Source: Candidatus Dormibacteria bacterium (GTDB lineage: Bacteria > Chloroflexota > Dormibacteria > DASZGP01). Taken from it: a DNA stretch of 64,000 nt. Under the pieces are notes generated by a model. That model was given only the letters and a program-made list of their open reading frames with translations. It had not been told where the DNA came from and did not search any database. Position 1 is the stretch's first letter. Each line of letters opens with the position of its first letter. Position numbers and translations under genes: made by a program. The stretch spans positions 2,315 through 66,314 of the forward strand of contig JBHEMS010000055.1 in assembly GCA_046262455.1 (NCBI GenBank), written 5' to 3'. Positions 27,943-37,664 of the stretch are shown here, one piece after another.

Positions 27943-30324
27943 GTGTGGCGAACGCCTGTGCGTTATGATCCGGCCGGCATGGGTGCGGTCGATGTTCTCG
28001 ACAACCTCCTCCGGGACCGCAGCTTCAGCGACGGGGTGGTTCTCGATCGGTTGCTGCCCGGCCGCGAAGCGGCCTATGCGAACATGCCGGCGTCAGTGCC
28101 CGTGCGCCTGCGTAAGGTGCTCGAGCGCCGGGGCGTGCCACGCCTGTACCGCCACCAGGAGGAGGCGTACAGGTCGGCAGAGGCCGGCCGGCATACGGTG
28201 GTGGTGACGCCCACGGCCTCCGGGAAGACGTTGGCCTACAACCTCCCGGTCCTATCACGGCTGCTGGAGCAGCCCCAGAGCCGGGCCCTCTACCTGTTCC
28301 CGACCAAGGCCCTGGCCCAGGACCAGCTGGCTGCGCTCACCGAACTCTGCGAGGACCTGGACGCCGGGATCCGCACCCACACCTACGACGGCGACACCCC
28401 GCCCAACGCGCGTTCCGCGATCCGAGAGGCGGGGCACGTCGTCATCACCAACCCCGACATGCTGCACGCCGCCATCCTGCCGCATCACACCAAGTGGCTG
28501 AAGCTCTTCCAGAACCTGCAGTACGTGGTGATCGACGAGCTCCATGCCTACCGGGGGGTCTTCGGGAGCCACCTCGGCAACGTCATTCGCCGGCTTCACC
28601 GCGTCTGCGAGTTCTACGGCTCCAGCCCGACTTTCGTGATGGCATCCGCCACCATCGCCAACCCCGGTGAACTGGCCGGGAAGATCATCGAGCGCGAGGT
28701 CGTCGTGGTCGACCGCAATGGCGCGCCCGCGGCGCCCCGGCGACTGGTCTTCTACAACCCCCCGGTGGTCAACGCCGAGCTCGGTATCCGCCGTTCCTCG
28801 GTGCTGGAAACCCAGCGGATCGCCAGCAGCTTTCTCGATGGCGGGGCTCAGACCATCGTGTTCGGACGGAGCCGCCTCCAGGTCGAGATCCTGCTCACGT
28901 ACCTCAAGCAGGGCCACGGCGACCGCCTGGGGCGCAGCGGCGACATTCGCGGCTACCGGGGCGGGTACCTCCCCGGACAGCGGCGAGAGATCGAGGCAGG
29001 CCTGCGCAGCGCTCATGTCAGGGGCGTGGTGGCCACCAACGCCCTGGAGCTGGGGATCGACGTGGGTCAGATGCAAGCCGCGGTACTCTGCGGCTACCCC
29101 GGGAGCATTGCCTCCACCTGGCAACAGCTTGGTCGTGCCGGCCGGCGTGACGAGCCCTCGGTGGGGATCATGGTCTGCTCCAGCAACCCTGTCGACCAGT
29201 TCCTGGCCTCCCACCCGGAGTACTTTCTGTCGCGCTCCCCGGAGCACGGCCTGGTCGATCCCGACAACCTGCTGGTGCTGATGGGCCACCTGCAGGCGTC
29301 CCTGTTCGAGGTGCCCTTTCCGGATGGCGAGAGTTTTGGTGGCGCGAACCCCGAGGAGCTGTTGCAGGTCCTGCAGGACGAGGGCCAGGCGCACCACTCC
29401 GGGCAGCGTTGGTTCTGGTCGTCGGAGGCCTTCCCCGCCAGCGAGGTGAGCCTGCGGTCGATCCTCGCGGAAAACGTGGTGATCATCGACACCGCGGACG
29501 AGCTTCATCGTCCCCTGGCGGCGGCATCGCCCGCCGGACCGCGGTCAGGGGCGCGCGTCATCGGTGAGATGGACCAGTTCGCGGCTCAGACCCTGCTCCA
29601 CGACCAGGCGATCTACCTTCATGAGGGGCAGCAGTACCACGTCGACAAGCTCGACTGGGCTGAGAAAAAGGCCTACGTAAGGCCGGTCAGCGTCGATTAC
29701 TACACCGACGCCGACCGCGCCGCCAGCGTGCAGGCCCTGCAGACCTTCGAATCTGTGCCCGGCCGGCTCCACCGGGCGCACGGTGAGGTCCAGGTCACAT
29801 CGCTGGCGACGATCTTCAAGAAGATCCGGTATTACACCCACGAGAGCATCGGCGCGGGACCGATCGACCTGCCGCAGGTCGACCTGCACACCACCAGCTA
29901 CTGGATGCGCCTGGGGGAGGAGTTGACTCTCACATACTCGCGCCTGGAGCTCGAGGTGGGCCTCCAGGGCCTGGCGAACGTCCTTCGCCACACCGCCTCG
30001 GTGTTCCTGATGTGTGATCCCCGCGACCTTGGCGTGGCGCCGCAGGTACGGTCGCCGCAGACCGGCGGGCCCACCATCTTCGTCTACGACGTCTTCCCCG
30101 GCGGGGTGGGGCTCAGCCCTCGCCTCTTTGACCTGCACGACGAGTTGCTGGATGCCAGCGCTGACCTGGTGGCGGGCTGCCCCTGCTCCAGCGGCTGCCC
30201 GTCATGCATCGGGGCGATCATCGACAGGGACGTGGACGCCAAGGCGACCGCGCTGCGGCTGGCGCGCCGCGAGGACGGCTCGACCAGGCTGGAGCGAAAG
30301 GGTGTTGCTGCGGGAGCGGCTTGA
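27943..30324 (+). CDS. mrfA: DEAD/DEAH-box helicase with C-terminal DUF1998 zinc module (MrfA/YprA-like)
   Basis: Walker A TPTASGKT, DELH box VIDELHAY, motif VI QQLGRAGRR and a C-terminal Cys cluster CPCSSGCPSCIG. The start may be ATG 27979. Confidence 0.88.
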   Translation: MWRTPVRYDPAGMGAVDVLDNLLRDRSFSDGVVLDRLLPGREAAYANMPASVPVRLRKVLERRGVPRLYRHQEEAYRSAEAGRHTVVVTPTASGKTLAYNLPVLSRLLEQPQSRALYLFPTKALAQDQLAALTELCEDLDAGIRTHTYDGDTPPNARSAIREAGHVVITNPDMLHAAILPHHTKWLKLFQNLQYVVIDELHAYRGVFGSHLGNVIRRLHRVCEFYGSSPTFVMASATIANPGELAGKIIEREVVVVDRNGAPAAPRRLVFYNPPVVNAELGIRRSSVLETQRIASSFLDGGAQTIVFGRSRLQVEILLTYLKQGHGDRLGRSGDIRGYRGGYLPGQRREIEAGLRSAHVRGVVATNALELGIDVGQMQAAVLCGYPGSIASTWQQLGRAGRRDEPSVGIMVCSSNPVDQFLASHPEYFLSRSPEHGLVDPDNLLVLMGHLQASLFEVPFPDGESFGGANPEELLQVLQDEGQAHHSGQRWFWSSEAFPASEVSLRSILAENVVIIDTADELHRPLAAASPAGPRSGARVIGEMDQFAAQTLLHDQAIYLHEGQQYHVDKLDWAEKKAYVRPVSVDYYTDADRAASVQALQTFESVPGRLHRAHGEVQVTSLATIFKKIRYYTHESIGAGPIDLPQVDLHTTSYWMRLGEELTLTYSRLELEVGLQGLANVLRHTASVFLMCDPRDLGVAPQVRSPQTGGPTIFVYDVFPGGVGLSPRLFDLHDELLDASADLVAGCPCSSGCPSCIGAIIDRDVDAKATALRLARREDGSTRLERKGVAAGAA

Positions 30325-31531
30325 GAGCCTGGGCCGCGCCACGGTCGCCCCCCGACGTCGGGCGGAGGCTGATGTCGACCTGCTGGCACGGGGACTTGAT
30401 GGTGAGGTTCGGGAAAACGCGTTCGGCCAGTACGTCATTGTGGAGCAGGTCATGCCCCTGCCCCCCGGGCTGCCGTGGGACCCGCTGGAGCCGGGTTGGC
30501 TGGCCGGGAACGACGGCGAGGACCTGACCGAAGGCGGGCTCTGCTTCTTCGACACCGAGACCACCGGGCTCTCAGGGGGGGTGGGAAACCACGCCTTCCT
30601 GGTGGCGCTCGGCTGGCGCATGCGAAAGGCCATGCTCCTGCGCCAGTACGTTCTCCCGGATCCCGCCTTCGAGCCCGCGATGCTCGCGGCGGTGGCCGCG
30701 GACATGGATGCCAGCGACGCCCTCGTCAGCTACAACGGCAAGACTTTCGATGTGCCCGTCCTCGAGGGTCGGCTGGTGCTCAACCGCTACCCGGCCGGCT
30801 GCCTGCGGAGACCCCATCTGGACCTGCTGCACCCGGCGCGGAGGCTGTTCAAAGCGCGGCTGGGCGCCTGCAACCTCCAGAACGTCGAGGCGATGGTCCT
30901 TGGGCGCGACCGCGGCGAGGATATTCCCGGCTTCCTGATCCCCGAGATGTACTTCGACTACCTGCGCCACCGCGACCCCGGGGTCCTTGGCCGGGTCCTG
31001 GCGCACAACCGCCAGGACGTCGTGAGCCTCAGCCTGCTGCTGGACCACCTCGTGCTGTGCCTGCGAGACCGGGCGGGCGCGCACCCGCTCGACCGCTTCG
31101 GCGCCGCCCGCCTGCTGGAGGGCGCGGGCCAGACGGAGCGGGCCCTGGCCTTCTACCTGGCGCTCTGGGAAGAGTGCGACGGCTGTTGGGACGGAGAGGT
31201 CTGGCCGGGGGCGTGGACACCGGTGGAGCTCGCATACGTGGTCGGCCTGAGGTTGGCGACCATACATCGCCGGCGCGCCGACCACGAGGCCGCGGAGTCG
31301 GTCCTCTCGGCGCTCTGGCGGAGGCACCCCCAGCCCTGGGAGGCGGGCATCATGCTGGCCAAGCACCTCGAACACAAGCGCAAGGACCGTGGCGCGGCGC
31401 TCGAGGTGGTGCGGGCGACGCTGGAGGCGCTGGAGACGGTCGGCTCGGGCGAGCAGCGCGATGACCGCTGCCTTGTCGACCTGCGGCGACGGGACGCCCG
31501 CCTGAGGCGCAAAGCAGGCCGCGCGGCTTAG
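30302..31531 (+). CDS. mrfB: RNase H-fold (DEDD) exonuclease with C-terminal TPR-like region (MrfB/YprB-like)
   Basis: FFDTETTGLSGGVGNHAFLVAL (Exo I), SYNGKTFDVPVLE (Exo II) and AHNRQDV (Exo III). GTG 30302 overlaps the helicase 3' end by 23 nt. The ORF-track start at 30014 lies deep inside mrfA. Confidence 0.8.
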   Translation: MLLRERLESLGRATVAPRRRAEADVDLLARGLDGEVRENAFGQYVIVEQVMPLPPGLPWDPLEPGWLAGNDGEDLTEGGLCFFDTETTGLSGGVGNHAFLVALGWRMRKAMLLRQYVLPDPAFEPAMLAAVAADMDASDALVSYNGKTFDVPVLEGRLVLNRYPAGCLRRPHLDLLHPARRLFKARLGACNLQNVEAMVLGRDRGEDIPGFLIPEMYFDYLRHRDPGVLGRVLAHNRQDVVSLSLLLDHLVLCLRDRAGAHPLDRFGAARLLEGAGQTERALAFYLALWEECDGCWDGEVWPGAWTPVELAYVVGLRLATIHRRRADHEAAESVLSALWRRHPQPWEAGIMLAKHLEHKRKDRGAALEVVRATLEALETVGSGEQRDDRCLVDLRRRDARLRRKAGRAA

Positions 31532-31603
31532 CTCAGCGCGCCCTCCGCAGCTCGGCGCAGCCGCGTACGGCGACACCCGCCCCGGCCGTTCAGGCGGCCC
31601 CGC

Positions 31604-33037
31604 TCAGCCGCGGAAGTCGTTTGGGCCGTTGGGCGGGAGATATGCCATGGGATCCACGGGGGTGCGGTTGATACGCAGCTCGAAGTGCAGGTGGGGGCCG
31701 CTTGAGTTGCCGGTCGAGCCCATCACGCCGATCAGGTCCCCCTGGTGCACCGTCTGGCCGGGCTTCACGTTGTAGGCGTCGAGGTGGCCGTAGAGGGTGA
31801 GCATGTCCTGGTTGTGGGCGATGATGACGTGACGCCCGTAACCGATCATGCTGCCGTTCAGCATGCTCGCCTCTGCGGCCACGACGATGCCGTCGTCCGC
31901 GGCGAGGATGGGGGTGCCGGCGTTGTTAGCGACGTCCACCCCGGCGTGGAAGTGGGCGGCACCGAACCCGGGTGGTTCCGGGGCGAAGTCTGTCGGCCCG
32001 AAGCCCTGCGTGATGACCCCCTTCTGCGCGGGCCAGATGAAGCGGTACTTCTGCGAGTGGCCGGAGCTCGCCAGGTTCTGGTACTGGGCGCTGTTGGCGG
32101 CCATCCAGGACTGGGCGGCCTGCCACGCGGCGTCATTTGCCGCCTGGATGAGCTGGTCCTCGCGACCGATTTCAGCGGCCACGATCTGGGCCACCAGGCT
32201 GGCGCTCTGGCTGCCGGCGTTGTTCAGCTCGTTGGTAGCGTCGGCGATGGAGTTCTGGAGCTGGATCAGGATCGTGGTCTCGCGGCTGTCGTCAGCCGCG
32301 AGTTGAATCTGGGCCTTGACCAGGTCGTCCTGCTGCTTGACCGAGTCAGCGTGGTCCTTGTCGAGCTGGGCGCGCTGGTGGTCAAGGCGCTCCGCCTCGG
32401 CTTTGACCGCCCGCAGTAGCTCCCTGCCGAAGGCCTGGACCTGCACCATCGTGGTCGCCTTGCTGAGGAAGTCGCTGATGCCCTTGCTCTCGAAGAGCGA
32501 CGCCCAAAGCTGGGGGGAGAACTTGTAGTTGCGGCGGAGGAAGTCGGCATACTCCGCGCGGCGCTTGACCAGCCTGACCTTGGTGAGATCAATCTGGCGG
32601 CTGGTTTCGACCTGTTGAACCTCGAGGTCGTGGATCCTGGCGCGGGTTTCATCCTCCTTCTTGCGCGTTGCCTCGATGGCGTCGCGGGTCTGCTTCAGCA
32701 TGTCCTGGAGACCGACGGCGGAGCCCTGGGCCAGCGCGATACTGTCCTGCAGCTTGGACTTGTCGCCGTTGATGGCGTCGAGGTCGGCCTTGCAGCGGGC
32801 CTCGAGCGCGGCAAGCTGGGGGTCGGCATGCATGGCCGGGTCCACGGCGCAGTTGGTGGCCGTCTGCGGGCTGCCGCTCGGCGCCGGCGTGGGGGCGCCC
32901 GGCTTGGGAGGGGTTGCCGCCGAGGCGGCGAGGCTGGCGACGATCGATAGCGCCGCGGCGGCGGCAAAGGCGCGCGCGACCGGCAGGCGAGGAATCAACA
33001 CGCTCCTAGCTTCGGTCATGGGTCCCTCTCTCGTCAT
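31604..33037 (-). CDS. M23 family metallopeptidase with N-terminal coiled coil (second EnvC-like paralogue)
   Basis: Signal sequence, a ~250-aa coiled coil and a LytM domain (HAGVDVAN, GRHVIIAHNQDMLTLYGHL, GPHLHFELR). Confidence 0.9.
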   Translation of the reverse strand: MTREGPMTEARSVLIPRLPVARAFAAAAALSIVASLAASAATPPKPGAPTPAPSGSPQTATNCAVDPAMHADPQLAALEARCKADLDAINGDKSKLQDSIALAQGSAVGLQDMLKQTRDAIEATRKKEDETRARIHDLEVQQVETSRQIDLTKVRLVKRRAEYADFLRRNYKFSPQLWASLFESKGISDFLSKATTMVQVQAFGRELLRAVKAEAERLDHQRAQLDKDHADSVKQQDDLVKAQIQLAADDSRETTILIQLQNSIADATNELNNAGSQSASLVAQIVAAEIGREDQLIQAANDAAWQAAQSWMAANSAQYQNLASSGHSQKYRFIWPAQKGVITQGFGPTDFAPEPPGFGAAHFHAGVDVANNAGTPILAADDGIVVAAEASMLNGSMIGYGRHVIIAHNQDMLTLYGHLDAYNVKPGQTVHQGDLIGVMGSTGNSSGPHLHFELRINRTPVDPMAYLPPNGPNDFRG

Positions 33038-33087
33038 TGAAGAGCGGTAAAGAATTGCTAACGATCCCGCTCCTAAGCTTGTGGAGT

Positions 33088-33993
33088 ATGGCAGCCGGTA
33101 TCGACGTGGAGGTGGGCGGGCGGCAACTGCGCCTGTCCAACCTGGAGAAGGTCTTCTACCCCGGCAGCGGGTTCAGCAAGGCCCAGGTGATCGACTACTA
33201 CACCAGGATCGGCCCCGTGTTGGTGCCGCACATGAAGGGGCGCCCCTTGACCCTGAAGCGGTATCCGAACGGCGTCGAGGACAAGTTCTTTTACGAGAAA
33301 AATTGTCCCAAGCACCGCCCAGACTGGGTGCAGACGGCAGCCGTCTACAGCCGCCAGAACAAGGCCAACATCGATTTCTGCCTCTGCAATGACATCCCGA
33401 CACTGGTCTGGGCTGCCAACCTCGCCAGCATCGAATTGCACACCTCACTGGCCCTGGCCCGTGACATTCAGCGGCCGACGATGGTCGTTTTTGACCTTGA
33501 CCCCGGCGCGCCGGCGGCGGTGAAGGAATGCTGTGCCGTGGCTCTGAGGCTCCGCGAGATGTTCCGTGAGCTCGGCCTACAGTGCTTTGCCAAGACCTCA
33601 GGCTCCAAGGGACTGCAGGTGTACGTACCCCTGAACACGCCCCTGACCTACGACGAGACCAAGCCCTTCGCGCTGGCGGTCGCCCAGCACCTGGAACAGG
33701 AGACGCCGGCCGCCGTGACCTCCAACATGAAGAAGGAGCTGCGACACGGCAAGGTTTTCGTCGACTGGAGCCAGAACGACGACCACAAGACGACCGTCTG
33801 CGTGTACTCGCTACGAGCCCGCGAGAACCCCACCGTGTCCACCCCTGTGACCTGGGACGAGGTCGACGCCCATGCGAGCGGGAAGCTCAAACTGCTGGCG
33901 TTCGAGACAGAGGCGGTGCTCCGGCGAGTGGAGGAGCACGGCGACCTGTTCGCCCCGCTGATGAAGCTCAAGCAGAAACTGCCACACCTCTGA
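33088..33993 (+). CDS. Stand-alone LigD polymerase/primase domain (NHEJ PolDom)
   Basis: LSNLEKVFYP, KGRPLTLKRYPNG, VFDLDP, KTSGSKGLQVYVPL and VFVDWSQN. Start is ambiguous (TTG 33037, TTG 33079 or ATG 33088). No Ku or ligase domain is present in the window. Confidence 0.88.
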   Translation: MAAGIDVEVGGRQLRLSNLEKVFYPGSGFSKAQVIDYYTRIGPVLVPHMKGRPLTLKRYPNGVEDKFFYEKNCPKHRPDWVQTAAVYSRQNKANIDFCLCNDIPTLVWAANLASIELHTSLALARDIQRPTMVVFDLDPGAPAAVKECCAVALRLREMFRELGLQCFAKTSGSKGLQVYVPLNTPLTYDETKPFALAVAQHLEQETPAAVTSNMKKELRHGKVFVDWSQNDDHKTTVCVYSLRARENPTVSTPVTWDEVDAHASGKLKLLAFETEAVLRRVEEHGDLFAPLMKLKQKLPHL

Positions 33994-34020
33994 GGCCGAT
34001 TTTGTTCATAATGTTGCGCC

Positions 34021-34443
34021 ATGGGGGATCGTAAGCTCGAAGCAATTCGCCGGGTGCCCCTGTTCGCGCAGTGCTCAAAGAAAGAGCTGGAGTTCATCGC
34101 CGCGCAGATGGACGAGATCGAGGTTGCCGCGGGCACCAAGCTCACCACGCAGGGCAAACACGGCCACAGCTTCTACATCCTTCTCGACGGGTCCTCGGAG
34201 GTGGTGATCGGCAACAAGGCGGTGGCCACCCTGAAGCCCGGCGACTTCTTCGGCGAGATCAGCATGATCGACCGGGGGGACGCCACGGCGACTGTGACCA
34301 CGACGTCGCCGTCCACCGTCCTGGTCCTGAGCCACCAGCAATTTCGCGACGCGATCACCGGCAATGAGAAAATCGCCATCCAGGTGATGCAGGCCATGGC
34401 CCAGCGGCTTCGTCAGAACGAAGCAGCCGGCCTGAAGGGCTAG
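34021..34443 (+). CDS. Cyclic-nucleotide-binding domain protein (single cNMP domain, no output domain)
   Basis: 140 aa. VPLFAQCSKKELEFIA, GDFFGEISMIDRGDATATV and the following hinge helix. No HTH is present. Confidence 0.85.
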   Translation: MGDRKLEAIRRVPLFAQCSKKELEFIAAQMDEIEVAAGTKLTTQGKHGHSFYILLDGSSEVVIGNKAVATLKPGDFFGEISMIDRGDATATVTTTSPSTVLVLSHQQFRDAITGNEKIAIQVMQAMAQRLRQNEAAGLKG

Positions 34444-34483
34444 TCGAGGCCGGCTACTCCTGGCCCTACCCCAAACCTGTGGG

Positions 34484-34684
34484 TCAGTCTTCCTCGGCGG
34501 GGAGTTCCCAGCTGATTCGTTGACCGCCATGGCGTATGCCATCGATCAGGGACATGAAGTCGAGCCAGCCGTTGAAGCTCTCGCCCCTACCGTTCGCACC
34601 ATGGATCGTCCCCGCCCACGCGTCGGAGTCCGTCAGCACCAGCCGCAGCATGAGGCCCTCAGTGGTCCCCACGGTCTCCTGCAT
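34484..34684 (-). CDS. Small hypothetical protein (66 aa)
   Basis: The ORF shows a strong G/C third-position bias, in keeping with the high-G+C genes of this window. It occupies the gap divergent from the LuxR-STAND gene. No recognisable domain. Confidence 0.4.
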   Translation of the reverse strand: MQETVGTTEGLMLRLVLTDSDAWAGTIHGANGRGESFNGWLDFMSLIDGIRHGGQRISWELPAEED

Positions 34685-34835
34685 CCGTCACACGGTATCC
34701 CCCGCAGCCGGCCCAGGCATCCGGCGTTTACCCGATCTTTAAGCACCCGCCGATCACCGCCGTGTGTAATTCGACATAGACGCCGGCCACGACCTCATGG
34801 TTACCTGATGGAAATCGAGTTTTGGGGAGACTGGA

Positions 34836-37664
34836 ATGGATGCGGTTGAGGGGGCGTCGGCGGGGCCGATACCTTCGCTGTACCTCGAGCGGGACGGCGT
34901 GGCTGAGACGGCGCGACGCCTGCTTGCGCGTGCGGCTGGCGGCCACGGTGGGGCGTTATTCCTGCTCGCCGAGGGAGGGCTGGGAAAAACGACCGGCCTC
35001 GAAACCACGCGGAACATGGTCGCTCCTGGCTGGGTGGTGGCATCCGCAAAGGCAGACGCCATGGAGTCGTCCCTGCCGTTCGGCCTACTCCGCCAAGCGC
35101 TGAGGCAGGTCCCGGGCTCACTCCTGGAGTGGGGCGTGGACCTGAGCCCTTCGTCGGAGACCGATACCCGCGCGTCCCAGTTCTTCCGGGTGGAGCAATG
35201 GCTGGAGCGCACGGCGGTCCAGCCGCTGCTGTTGGTCCTCGACGACCTCCATTGGAGCGACCCCGATTCGCTGTCACTGCTGGCCTTTCTGTGCAGGCGG
35301 CTGCGCAACTTGCCGGTGGCCATCGTCGGTGCGCTCCGACCATGGCCGCCCGAGGCCCGCGAGGTTGTCGAGGGGCTGGCTCTTGACGGCCATGTGTCCA
35401 TCGAACGACTGGCGGCGCTCACTGCGGCAGGGGCTTCGACGCTGTTGGAGTCGCGGGTGGGGCACACATTGGGCAATTCGCTCACCGAGCGCGCGTGGCG
35501 GCTGTGCTCCGGAAACCCCCTGCTGCTGGAACAGGTCGCCCGGGGGATCGCCCGCGGTGATGAGGTCCCCGAACCCGGCGCTCGGCCATCTGACGTCAAC
35601 AACATCCTGCTGGCGCGCTTTGCGGGGGTCCCCGCCGCCGCCCTGCGCCTGGCCCAGGCGGCGTCGGTGTTCGGTGCCCGTTTCAGGCCTGCACTGGCGG
35701 GCCAGATGGCGCATCTCCCAGACCGCGAAGCGGACCTTGCCCTACAGGCACTGCTGGCCGCCGGCCTGGTGGTGGGCGCCACCCCCGGCTGGGCAAGCTT
35801 CGTTCATCCGTTGTTCTGCCAGGCGCTCTATGACGACATGCAGCCGCCGCTCAGGGAGCGGCTCCACGCCCAGGCCTTCGCGTTGCTCCGGGAGCGCCGG
35901 GTAGAGGCCTCGGAAATGGCCGAGCATGCTCTTCGCGGCAACCTGGTCGGGGATCCGGCGGCGGTGCAGGCCCTGGAGGACGCGGGTCGGGCGGCACTCA
36001 GTACCGGCGCCATTGCCACCGCGGCGTCCCAGTTCGGGTCGGCCCTGGGACTGGCGGGCGAAGGGGCGTCGGTCGCCTTGATGAGCTCATACGCCGACGC
36101 GCTGCTGGCATGCGGCAGGGCCGGCGCTGCCATACCGGTGATCGAACGGGCATTGCGCCAACCGGACCTAGCGTCGCCCGCGCGGTGCAACCTGCTGCTG
36201 CGACTGGGGCGCGGTCGCTTCCTGACCGGGGACTACCGCAATGCCCAGTTGACCTTCACGGAGGCCATCACGATCGCGCAATCCGATAGCCCCGCCCGCG
36301 CCGCCGGCTTACTGCTCGAGCAGGCTGCGTACTGGCAGCTCGCGGGGGGTCCGAGTCACGGTCACCAGGCGGTTTCGATCGCCCGCGAGCTGGCGGCGCA
36401 GACCTCGGACACCCTCCTGCAGGCGCGCGCGGAGGCCGAATGGGAGACCCTGAGATTCTATTCCGGCGATGCCGGGCGGTTGGAGGTGATCCACGAGTTC
36501 AGCGCCCGTGCTGAATCGGATACCAGCCTGCACCCGTCGGACCTTCACTGGAGCTGGCAGGACAACATGCTGTACAACGCCGCCAACGTGGCGAAGCTGG
36601 CCGAGGACTTCGACGAGGCGCAGCGGCTTTTTGCGATCCTCCTCGAGCGTGCGTCGCGCCTGGACCAGCCCCTGATGGTCACCGCGGTGCACCTCGGTCA
36701 GGCCAATGTGTTCCTGCGCCGGGGGAGGGTCACCGAGGCCATGGACTCGTTGGCCAGGGCCGAGGCACGCATCGACCTGTGCCCGGTACTGGCCCCCTTC
36801 CTGGCGCTGTCCTATGCCGAGGTGCTGCAGACGGCGGGGCGATCGGGCGAAAGCAAGGCCTGGTTGGATCTCCTGCGGGAGATGCCGGCGGCACGCCACG
36901 TGTGGGCCGCGCGCCTGTGGCGCCGCCACCTACCCGCGCAGGAACTCCTGCGCGCGGGCGCGTATGCCAAGGCCAGCGACCTGTACCGGGAGCTCGAGGA
37001 GGTTTCCGCGAGGATCGGCATCGTCGAGCCATGCGTTTTGCATTGGACCCGTGACGGGATCCAGGCTCACCTCGCGGCGGGCCGCCGCGAGGACGGGCTG
37101 CGAGTCCTGGAGTCGACAGCGACGCTGGCCGCGGGGCTGCCGTGCCGATGGCCGCGAATCGCGGTGGCGGCGGGCCGGGCGTTCCTGGCCGACCTCGACG
37201 GCGACCGCGGGTTGGCGGAGAAGCAATACCAGCTCGCGCTGGGGCTTCACGAGCAGGTGGAGCTGCCGCTCGAGCGGGGCCGGACCCTGTTGGACTACGG
37301 CGCCTTTCTGCGGCGAGCGGGCCAGAGCTCCCGTGCGCGGGCCCTGCTTGCGGAGGCCGTTTCGCTCGCCGAGGGACATGGAGCGGGATGGTTGGCGGCG
37401 TCGGCCGCGGAGGAGCTGCGGGTCGCCGGCGGACGCCGGCGCAAGAACGCCGGGTCAGAGCTGACCGAGCAGGAGAAACGGGTTGCGCAGCTGGCGGCGC
37501 TGGGCGGCACCAACGCGGACATTGCACGCCAGCTGTCGGTTTCGCCCAAAACCGTGGACACCCACCTGCAGCACATTTACGCCAAGCTCGGCATCGCCTC
37601 GCGGCGAGAGCTGATGCGGCGCTGGGCAGCCCCAGAGGCCGGGGACGCCAGTGCGACGGCATAG
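34836..37664 (+). CDS. Large ATP-binding LuxR-family regulator (STAND NTPase + TPR-like repeats + LuxR HTH)
   Basis: P-loop AEGGLGKTT, Walker B LLLVLDDLHWSD, a long helical repeat region and the C-terminal LTEQEKRVAQLAALGGTNADIARQLSVSPKTVDTHLQHIYAKLG. GGGGAG precedes ATG 34836. Confidence 0.9.
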   Translation: MDAVEGASAGPIPSLYLERDGVAETARRLLARAAGGHGGALFLLAEGGLGKTTGLETTRNMVAPGWVVASAKADAMESSLPFGLLRQALRQVPGSLLEWGVDLSPSSETDTRASQFFRVEQWLERTAVQPLLLVLDDLHWSDPDSLSLLAFLCRRLRNLPVAIVGALRPWPPEAREVVEGLALDGHVSIERLAALTAAGASTLLESRVGHTLGNSLTERAWRLCSGNPLLLEQVARGIARGDEVPEPGARPSDVNNILLARFAGVPAAALRLAQAASVFGARFRPALAGQMAHLPDREADLALQALLAAGLVVGATPGWASFVHPLFCQALYDDMQPPLRERLHAQAFALLRERRVEASEMAEHALRGNLVGDPAAVQALEDAGRAALSTGAIATAASQFGSALGLAGEGASVALMSSYADALLACGRAGAAIPVIERALRQPDLASPARCNLLLRLGRGRFLTGDYRNAQLTFTEAITIAQSDSPARAAGLLLEQAAYWQLAGGPSHGHQAVSIARELAAQTSDTLLQARAEAEWETLRFYSGDAGRLEVIHEFSARAESDTSLHPSDLHWSWQDNMLYNAANVAKLAEDFDEAQRLFAILLERASRLDQPLMVTAVHLGQANVFLRRGRVTEAMDSLARAEARIDLCPVLAPFLALSYAEVLQTAGRSGESKAWLDLLREMPAARHVWAARLWRRHLPAQELLRAGAYAKASDLYRELEEVSARIGIVEPCVLHWTRDGIQAHLAAGRREDGLRVLESTATLAAGLPCRWPRIAVAAGRAFLADLDGDRGLAEKQYQLALGLHEQVELPLERGRTLLDYGAFLRRAGQSSRARALLAEAVSLAEGHGAGWLAASAAEELRVAGGRRRKNAGSELTEQEKRVAQLAALGGTNADIARQLSVSPKTVDTHLQHIYAKLGIASRRELMRRWAAPEAGDASATA

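Noticed and set aside
33038-33087. Possible riboswitch (for example the ydaO/c-di-AMP class that precedes wall hydrolases in actinobacteria) upstream of the M23 peptidase genes.
   Set aside because: The upstream regions are only ~50 nt (33038-33087, shared with the LigD PolDom gene) and ~15 nt (12975-12988). That is too short for such an aptamer, and no conserved riboswitch motifs were recognised.
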